Of a stretch of DNA of 64,000 bases, positions 57,284 to 64,000 are shown in pieces. The position numbers and the translations under genes were made by a program. Source of the stretch: a virus. Under the pieces are notes generated by a model. It saw only the letters and a program-made list of their open reading frames with translations, ran no database searches and was not told the origin of the DNA. The stretch spans positions 1 to 64,000 of IMG/VR virus record IMGVR_UViG_3300008107_000017. One strand, written 5' to 3'. How positions within the stretch are numbered: position 1 is the first letter of the stretch; each line of letters starts with the position of its first letter.

Positions 57284-60200
57284 ATGGCACTAGATCCAAG
57301 AATCGCTTCTCTTAAAGCCGCAGGTACATACCGCTTCGAATTTGATAAGAGTCAAGTTGTTAGCATTCCTGCAAACCAAACAAGATTAATTGTTGGTTTT
57401 TCTAAGAAAGGTCCTTTTAATACCCCAGTTTTTGTACCGGATACTGCATTTTTTAAGCAAGTATTTGGAGATATTGACAGAAACCTCGAAAGAAAGGATT
57501 CATACTTTCATAGAAGCTGCTTAGCTGCATTAGAAAGAGGACCAATTTTAGCCCTTAACCTTTTAGCATTAGACTCAAACGACGATGTAGACTACATTAA
57601 GTTAGGTACTGCTGCTACACCGGAAGCTCAAAATAATGCAGGTGCTTCTGGAGAATATCAAAAATTTTACAACAGGGATAAATTCTTTTTCCCTGATAGT
57701 GATGCATTCCTAGATAACGTTGGAGCAAACAGAAATGTATTAAGCTCTCTAACTACTAATGATCTTTTAGATTTTGTTAACTTAGGTCAAAATCCAATAT
57801 CAATAATTGTTAGAAAAGCTGCAAACGATAATGTTGCAAGCTTTAATGTTACTGTTGAAGAATGGTACGGAACTGCAAATGTTCCTGGTTTCTTAGATAA
57901 AGACAGTTTAATCTCTGACTTTATGGTAGATGTATTTGTCATTGAAGGTAACTTTGGTGGAAACTTCGGTTCTGCTACACCTTATGACAGATTTACTGCC
58001 GATCCTACATTCCAACAATATTTTAATCCAACTAAAGGTATTGAGAGAAAGAAATTTGCATCTGACACAACCGATACTAAATTACAAGAATTCTTTAATG
58101 AATCAGAAGTAAACCTAATTGCAACTTACACTGCATGTTTAATTCCTGATTTTGTAGATTTACTTGGTAATAACTTATTCATTGAGAAATTAATCAATGC
58201 TGATACTGCTACAACCGGATTATTCTGCGCTGTGAATGAAGATCTCTTCAGTGGAGATTTTCTAATCGATGGTGTAAAAGGTGGTATTGACCTAATTGGA
58301 CATAACATCGAATATACTCAGGCTACTGGTATTCAGGATGATGTTAATTTCCTTTCATATAGCGAAGCAATTGTGGCTGACCTTCCTTATGCAAGAGCTG
58401 CACAAGGTGTAAACCTAGCAACTATTGCAACAGGTGACATAGTATCTGTTAATACTTTAACAGGAGGAAATATTCAGATCTCAGTAATTGGATCTGCGGG
58501 TAATCCTTTATATGATGCATTCGCAAGTATGTCTGCTAACTCTCCTACAACAGTAGGTTCTTACATTAAAGGTGCAATTAGCAATAAGTATGTTCCTGTA
58601 CTTTCTGTGAATGTTACCAATACCGTTGTTACTGTTGTTTTATCAGGAGTAGGTGGAATTGTATCTGGTGATTTTCCAACATCATTAGGAACTACATATA
58701 CTTATGTAAATGAAGAAGACTTAGGTTTTACCGTTCATGAATTTGAAACTTCAAATACTAATGCTAATATCATTGGTTCTTACGGAAGTGCTCTTTACAG
58801 TTCATTCTCTAACGGAACTCTTACTGATGGTGATGAAGCAGTATGGGAAATCTCTGGTAATGAATATACATCTTACCTAGTATTTAATGCTACTAGTTAC
58901 GGATTTATTCATACTGGTGTACCTGCTACTGTAAGTACTAAGTTTGCAATCTCTGACCCTGCATATTACATACCAGGTGTTAGAATAACTCCTTATCAAC
59001 AAGATACTTTTGTAAACGTTACTCCAAGATCTCAGTTTAATATGGATAGCGGTACAGGATACTTCTTAAATTCAAACGGAGGCTCTGTTGGATTAAACAC
59101 GTTAGATATCCAAACACTTAAAGGATCTCTTAATCGTTCAATCGATATTATATCAGATTCTTCAACTGAACCACTTCTTAAACCTAACCAGGTACTTATT
59201 GCATCAACTAACCCTGATGCTTCTACTGTGGTTGTAGGAAATTATCTTTTACATTTTGAAGGTAATGTTTCAGTACCTCACTCTAGATTAACTAGAATTA
59301 ATCAAGTTCAAGGTGGTAAAACGAATAATGAATTCCCTACTATCCCAGTAGGAACTACTGCATTACTTGTGACATGTCAATCTGAAATTAACGTTACTAC
59401 TGTAAATTCTATTAAGAAGGTTGAACTTTATTACCCAATTGATACTTGGGTTGATTACCTAAACATCTTTACTCTTGACGGATTTGTATTGGATGTTAAT
59501 AAACACGTACCTAACGGAACCAATGATCGTCAGAATGCTATTCTTAATGGAACATTAAGTGGAACAAATTTATTTAAAGCATTAACTGATAGAGAAACTA
59601 TTAACTTCCGTTACTTAATTGATACTTTTGGAAACGGTATTGAAAGTGGATCTAAGTCAATCTATACTAACTTATGTCAAACTAGAAAGAATGCATTTGC
59701 AATTATTAATGCACCTTCTGCAAAAGACTTTAAGGCTAACGTAGACCCTTCATTCGTGGATGCAACTGGAGCCTTATCATCTAGATTTATTTCTACAGGT
59801 GGTGATCTTTCTAAGAACCCAACAGTTAGATACTCATTGCCTGCATCTACTCAAGGTGGAAGCTGGGGTGGATTCTATTATCCTTTTATTACTGTAAGGG
59901 ATTTAGGAAAGAACATTAACGTTCCTCCTGCTGCTTATGTATCAAATAACTTTATTGCAAAGTATGAAAATGCATTACCTTGGTCTTTGGTTGCAGGTGT
60001 TCGTAGAGGTGTTGTAGGTGGAACTGGTGTGGTAGGATTAGAAATTAATCTTGACCTATCAGATAGAGAATACTTAGAACCATTTGGATTGAATCCAATC
60101 ATTTTCCAAAGTGGAACTGGTCCAACTATCTTTGCAAATAAAACTGCTCAACAAACTCCTAAATCTGCATTAAGTTCAATTAATGTGAGAGAGGTTGTTA

Positions 60201-60499
60201 TTTACATCCAGGATGGTATTGAGGCAATTCTTAAGAATTACTTATTTGAGTTCAATACTGCTCAAACAAGATTGGAAATTAAAACTCTTGCTGATAACTT
60301 CTTATCAACGGTCCAAAACGATGATGGTGTATATGACTTCAGAAACGTAATGGATGAAACTAATAATACGCCGGAAGTTATTGATCAAAATGTTGGTATC
60401 CTAGATACTTATATTGAACCAGTAAGAGGAATGGAAATTTTGGTTCAAAGAACCACTATTTTAAGAACTGGAGCAATTAGTTCAGGAAACTTCCAATAA
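57284..60499 (+). CDS. Contractile tail sheath protein (gp18)
   Basis: G.Y.FEFDKS, GFSKKGPFN.P, VPPA..V, PW..VAG.RRG, INVR, FEFN...TR, IEPVRGME. Confidence 0.93.
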   Translation: MALDPRIASLKAAGTYRFEFDKSQVVSIPANQTRLIVGFSKKGPFNTPVFVPDTAFFKQVFGDIDRNLERKDSYFHRSCLAALERGPILALNLLALDSNDDVDYIKLGTAATPEAQNNAGASGEYQKFYNRDKFFFPDSDAFLDNVGANRNVLSSLTTNDLLDFVNLGQNPISIIVRKAANDNVASFNVTVEEWYGTANVPGFLDKDSLISDFMVDVFVIEGNFGGNFGSATPYDRFTADPTFQQYFNPTKGIERKKFASDTTDTKLQEFFNESEVNLIATYTACLIPDFVDLLGNNLFIEKLINADTATTGLFCAVNEDLFSGDFLIDGVKGGIDLIGHNIEYTQATGIQDDVNFLSYSEAIVADLPYARAAQGVNLATIATGDIVSVNTLTGGNIQISVIGSAGNPLYDAFASMSANSPTTVGSYIKGAISNKYVPVLSVNVTNTVVTVVLSGVGGIVSGDFPTSLGTTYTYVNEEDLGFTVHEFETSNTNANIIGSYGSALYSSFSNGTLTDGDEAVWEISGNEYTSYLVFNATSYGFIHTGVPATVSTKFAISDPAYYIPGVRITPYQQDTFVNVTPRSQFNMDSGTGYFLNSNGGSVGLNTLDIQTLKGSLNRSIDIISDSSTEPLLKPNQVLIASTNPDASTVVVGNYLLHFEGNVSVPHSRLTRINQVQGGKTNNEFPTIPVGTTALLVTCQSEINVTTVNSIKKVELYYPIDTWVDYLNIFTLDGFVLDVNKHVPNGTNDRQNAILNGTLSGTNLFKALTDRETINFRYLIDTFGNGIESGSKSIYTNLCQTRKNAFAIINAPSAKDFKANVDPSFVDATGALSSRFISTGGDLSKNPTVRYSLPASTQGGSWGGFYYPFITVRDLGKNINVPPAAYVSNNFIAKYENALPWSLVAGVRRGVVGGTGVVGLEINLDLSDREYLEPFGLNPIIFQSGTGPTIFANKTAQQTPKSALSSINVREVVIYIQDGIEAILKNYLFEFNTAQTRLEIKTLADNFLSTVQNDDGVYDFRNVMDETNNTPEVIDQNVGILDTYIEPVRGMEILVQRTTILRTGAISSGNFQ

Positions 60500-60539
60500 A
60501 AGAAATAAAGAAAGAATAAATAAAAAAATAAGTTAAACT

Positions 60540-61103
60540 ATGCCATTACCACATTACACTCAATCAAGGGCAAGTAATAACAGATACGAACCTATTCAGC
60601 CTAACCTATTTGAGGTAACACTCTTTACCCCAAATGGTGATGATACTGGTTTGATCCTTGAACATGTTATATCTGTTGGAGGTTTAAATGCATTAAATCC
60701 TTCAGTAGATGCAATTGGTCAAAAATATAAATTTGCAGATCGTTCTTTTGCAGGTATGCCTGGTCAGACTTTCGTAGATCTTACTATCGCGTTTACACTG
60801 AATCTAAATGATGCAAATGAAAACTACATTTACAATACCATGAGAAACTGGTATAAATTAATCTACGATCCATTGACTGGTGAAATGGGATTAAAGAAAG
60901 ACTATGTAGGAAGCATGATCATTGTTCAATATAACCGTGCAGGGGATATCTTCAGAAAGATTACTTGTAAGGACATCTTCCCAACTGGTGCACCTGATTT
61001 TATTGATGCACTTGATTATGGAACAGCCGATGCTGCCCAGTTATCAATGACTTATCGTTGTGACCATTGGGTTGAAGAAAACGTTGGAGCTCCAAATAAC
61101 TAA
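60540..61103 (+). CDS. Tail tube protein (gp19)
   Basis: Follows the sheath gene; NLFEV, W..LIYDP.TG, FPT, D.W motifs. Confidence 0.85.
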   Translation: MPLPHYTQSRASNNRYEPIQPNLFEVTLFTPNGDDTGLILEHVISVGGLNALNPSVDAIGQKYKFADRSFAGMPGQTFVDLTIAFTLNLNDANENYIYNTMRNWYKLIYDPLTGEMGLKKDYVGSMIIVQYNRAGDIFRKITCKDIFPTGAPDFIDALDYGTADAAQLSMTYRCDHWVEENVGAPNN

Positions 61104-61118
61104 ATCTAAACATTTAAC

Positions 61119-61146
61119 AAAAACTGGCCTTAGGGCCAGTTTTTTT
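61119..61146 (+). terminator. Intrinsic terminator
   Basis: aaaaactggcc-ttag-ggccag followed by T7. Confidence 0.85.
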
Positions 61147-61190
61147 GTCTTATCTCTAATATATAATATAGAATACATAATCTATAGATC

Positions 61191-61661
61191 ATGATTATAT
61201 TTAAAGTAGAAAATATATCCAATGGGAAAACCTATGTGGGATATGCAGTTAATGATAATCCTAATAATTTAGGTACCGGAAAATACATTAAGAGAGCCGT
61301 AAAGGATTTTGGCACAACATCCTTTAAGAGAGATGTGTTAGAAAGATTTGATGAAGAAGAATCTTTAGGTATTGTAATGGACCGGGTTGAATTTTGGATT
61401 AAAAAATTCAAATCTGACAATCCTAAATTTGGATATAATGAAAGCGTACAGGAAATGATTCCTCAAAAAAAGAAATTGACAAAAAAATTACAAGTTCTTT
61501 TAACACCTGAGGATGAAGATAACTTAAATACTATTATCATTCAAAAATCAATGGAATCTGGTATTAGGCCAATTCCTATCTCAAGATATGTTAGAAACAT
61601 TATTGTTGAACATATTGTAGAAGAAACTACACCAGAAAAACAATTAACAAAAAACAAATAA
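61191..61661 (+). CDS. Degenerate GIY-YIG domain protein with C-terminal ribbon-helix-helix-like segment
   Basis: IIFKVEN..NGKTYVG, G.G, E.FWI, GYN; C-terminal KKLQVLLT...ISRYVRNII. Confidence 0.65.
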   Translation: MIIFKVENISNGKTYVGYAVNDNPNNLGTGKYIKRAVKDFGTTSFKRDVLERFDEEESLGIVMDRVEFWIKKFKSDNPKFGYNESVQEMIPQKKKLTKKLQVLLTPEDEDNLNTIIIQKSMESGIRPIPISRYVRNIIVEHIVEETTPEKQLTKNK

Positions 61662-61662
61662 C

Positions 61663-62655
61663 ATGAGTAATCACGAAGAAAATATCAAAAAAGAGTTTGA
61701 AGCAGCAGAAGGCATTCAACCAGCAACAGTAGTTAATGATGGTAAAATTACAAATTTAGGTAAAGTTGATCCAACCAAAGGGATGGGACTTACTTCACCA
61801 GACGATCCTGAGATTAGAAGAATTCAGGAGTTAACCGGTTATATGAAGTTAGATTTAGGAAATCTTCCTTCTGCTGGTAAATTTTATCGTGAAGATTTTG
61901 AAATTCATATTAGAGCTGCAAGAGTTGGTGAGATTAGAGATTTCTCTACAATCGATGAAGAAAACATTAGAGACGTAGATGAAAAACTAAATTCTATTCT
62001 TGTAGGCTGTACTAAAATTATGTACGGTAACCAAAGAGGATCATATCGTGATATTCTTGAAGAAGACCGTATTTATGTTTTACTTTCAATCAGAGAGCTT
62101 ACATTCAAAAATGGTGAAGCTAAATTAATGATGCCAGTAGGTAAAAAGAAATGTACTTCAGGTTCATGTAAGTCACAGGATAGTGTAGAATTAAAAACAG
62201 CCAATCTTCAGTTTAATGAAGTAGATGATCTTATTGAAAAGTATTATGATTCTGTAAATAAATGCTACACTATTCCAACCAAAAGCCACGGTGAATTAGT
62301 ATTAGCACCACCTACAATTGGTGTTATGAGAGCTATTACTGATTGGGCAAGAAAGAGAGAGGAAGAAAATAAATCGTGGGATAAATCTTCTCTTGGTATA
62401 CTTCCTTATGTGCAAAGAGAATGGCGAGGATTTGATGAAAAGCAAATCTTCTCTGCTATGACATCATTCCAAGGATGGGATTCTGGTAAATATTCAATAA
62501 TTTTTAGATTGGTGGAAAAAATGAAAATAGGTATTAAGCCTGAATTTGTTTACCCATGTCAATCTTGTGGCGCGGAGGTCACAGTTCCGCTTTCCTTTCC
62601 CGGCGGAATCAAATCTCTGTTCATTATTCAAGATATCTCTTCTGAACTTCTATAA
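61663..62655 (+). CDS. Baseplate hub/tail assembly protein (gp26-like)
   Basis: LPS.GKFY, DR.Y.LL.IR..TF, Cys pairs and C-terminal C..CG...GGIKSLF; lies after the tube gene. Confidence 0.6.
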   Translation: MSNHEENIKKEFEAAEGIQPATVVNDGKITNLGKVDPTKGMGLTSPDDPEIRRIQELTGYMKLDLGNLPSAGKFYREDFEIHIRAARVGEIRDFSTIDEENIRDVDEKLNSILVGCTKIMYGNQRGSYRDILEEDRIYVLLSIRELTFKNGEAKLMMPVGKKKCTSGSCKSQDSVELKTANLQFNEVDDLIEKYYDSVNKCYTIPTKSHGELVLAPPTIGVMRAITDWARKREEENKSWDKSSLGILPYVQREWRGFDEKQIFSAMTSFQGWDSGKYSIIFRLVEKMKIGIKPEFVYPCQSCGAEVTVPLSFPGGIKSLFIIQDISSELL

Positions 62656-62671
62656 GATCAGGGTATTACTT

Positions 62672-62914
62672 ATGGAAAAATTGCATGTTCAGCCTACCGA
62701 GCTGGACATGCTTCCATATTATGAATTTGAGTATACTCTTGAAATCTATAATGACATCATTAAAGAACGTAATGATGAAGAAAAGAAACAAAATCAAGAT
62801 GCTGAAGATAAGTATAACATAGCTGGAATGCAGAAAAATGCTACCAATATGAATAAAAATATGTCTAGTTATAAGCAACCTTCTATGCCTAAGATAAGTA
62901 TGCCAAGATTCTAA
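62672..62914 (+). CDS. Baseplate hub assembly protein (gp51-like); may be translated as an extension of the upstream gene
   Basis: LM...H....ELD.LPYYE.E......N....E pattern; the frame is open from 62546. Confidence 0.55.
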   Translation: MEKLHVQPTELDMLPYYEFEYTLEIYNDIIKERNDEEKKQNQDAEDKYNIAGMQKNATNMNKNMSSYKQPSMPKISMPRF

Positions 62915-62938
62915 ATATATAAATAAAGACAAAAGATA

Positions 62939-63931
62939 ATGGATAGACAACAAATTCTTAAAGATATTCAGGCAAAGAGCCAGGCTGCTTTTTCTGAAAT
63001 TAGAACACAGGCATTACAAGAAGCGGTTAGAAATATGTCAGCTGTTGCTGCAACCGGAGACTCAAGTAGCGGTGGGGGTGGTAGAACACCTTCATTGGAA
63101 TTTGTAGTAAATACCTTTGACAGTACTTACTTTGAATTTGATTTTACTTCTACTGGTGAACCTATTGAATTTACAATTGAATGGGGTGATGGTAATGTAC
63201 ATGTGGATTCAGGTGGTGGTGGCTATTACAGCGAAAACCATACATATGATGAGATTGGCGATTACACAGTTAAAGTATACTTTGATGATCCTCTAAAAAT
63301 CTTACAATTAAATTTTCCTGGTGATGGTGATGCACCTATTAAGTCAATATCACGTTTACAAACCCTTGCTAATTTACAAGAATTTAGGGCAGACTATAAT
63401 GCGTTAGAAAGTGTAGATTTTTCTGGTTTAACAAACCTTACATATATTGATATAAGTGACTGTGATCTTGTTGATACAAACACACCATCATTAACTTCTG
63501 TTAATTTATCAGGTTGCTATAATTTAATTGAGCTTCGTGTAGACGATAGTGATTTTTCAGGTGGATTCCCAGATCTTGTAGGATTAGTTAATCTTGAATT
63601 TTTTGATGCTGACCAATCTCTTATTGCAGGTAGTCTTGACATATCAATGTTACCTTCATTAACTGGATTTGATCTTAATGGAAATACAGATTTAACCGAG
63701 ATAATTATTGATAGCAGTCAACCTCTAGGTAATGGCGGCTATGATGTAAATGCATATAACTGTGACCTAACGGAAGAAGCGGTAGATAACATCTTAGTTG
63801 CTCTTTCTACAAACGGTGTATCAGGTGGATATGTTGAGTTAAACGGAGGAACTAATGCTACTCCTAGCGCAACTGGTCTTGCTGCTAAAGCGGTCCTAGA
63901 AGGTAACGGCTGGACGGTTGACGTTAACTAA
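62939..63931 (+). CDS. PKD-like plus leucine-rich-repeat protein
   Basis: IEWGDG...HTY...GDYTV (PKD-like), several LxxLxxLxL repeats, C-terminal VDNILVAL...GWTV. Confidence 0.75.
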   Translation: MDRQQILKDIQAKSQAAFSEIRTQALQEAVRNMSAVAATGDSSSGGGGRTPSLEFVVNTFDSTYFEFDFTSTGEPIEFTIEWGDGNVHVDSGGGGYYSENHTYDEIGDYTVKVYFDDPLKILQLNFPGDGDAPIKSISRLQTLANLQEFRADYNALESVDFSGLTNLTYIDISDCDLVDTNTPSLTSVNLSGCYNLIELRVDDSDFSGGFPDLVGLVNLEFFDADQSLIAGSLDISMLPSLTGFDLNGNTDLTEIIIDSSQPLGNGGYDVNAYNCDLTEEAVDNILVALSTNGVSGGYVELNGGTNATPSATGLAAKAVLEGNGWTVDVN

Positions 63932-63947
63932 TAAAATAACTCCATGA

Positions 63948-64000
63948 ATGGCAGTAGTAACCTTAAAGGATCTTATGGATCCTCTAACCAAGATAGCAAA
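63948..64000 (+). CDS. Start of the next gene (truncated by the window edge)
   Basis: ATG 63948, MAVVTLKDLMDPLTKIA..., open to the end of the window. Confidence 0.4.
   Translation, partial: MAVVTLKDLMDPLTKIA

Noticed and set aside
2803-62953. Short minus-strand ORFs (for example 3582, 28994, 50379, 52116) and nested plus-strand ORFs in the track
   Set aside because: They lie within well-supported plus-strand genes and show no recognisable motifs.
1-64000. Stop-codon reassignment, as in some large Bacteroidota phages
   Set aside because: Core genes are full length in code 11. TAG ends genes at expected positions (nei, acetyltransferase, gp55, gp4, gp17) and TGA terminates the ORFs ending at 3574 and 3855.

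Overview
A 64-kb, AT-rich, almost entirely plus-strand segment of a large T4-like myophage genome, read in standard code 11. The host is probably a Bacteroidota member: there are no Shine-Dalgarno sites, leaders are A-rich, one TAnnTTTG promoter element is present, and there is an Hc1-type small basic protein. In order, the window holds: (1) the 3' part of a collagen-like fibre gene with a C-terminal S74-type chaperone; (2) a HAD RNA-repair-like gene, a Ro60/TROVE-like DUF2828-vWA gene and two candidate structured ncRNAs; (3) a phage sigma-70-family factor, a Nei glycosylase and a dUTPase; (4) a family-B DNA polymerase split into two genes about 15.5 kb apart (8480-9886 and 25411-26529), with nrdB/nrdA, kdsA, a PglF/D/E-like bacillosamine pathway, an Hc1-like gene, a candidate DNA hypermodification operon (HAD, kinase, nucleotidyltransferase, BGT-like glycosyltransferase, epimerase, atypical C5-cytosine MTase, GT-A glycosyltransferase) and the sliding clamp lying between the halves; (5) two glycosyltransferase ORFs joined by an A9 frameshift; (6) T4-core replication and recombination genes (uvsX, gp41, gp47, gp46, gp44, rnh); (7) morphogenesis genes (gp15, gp55, gp4, gp2, gp20, gp21/22, gp23, gp14, gp16, GroES-like, gp17, gp18, gp19, gp26/gp51-like). 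Three promoter classes can be read from the sequence, which suggests a host sigma, then phage sigma-70, then gp55 cascade. All protein assignments come from motif recognition by eye; no database searches were run.
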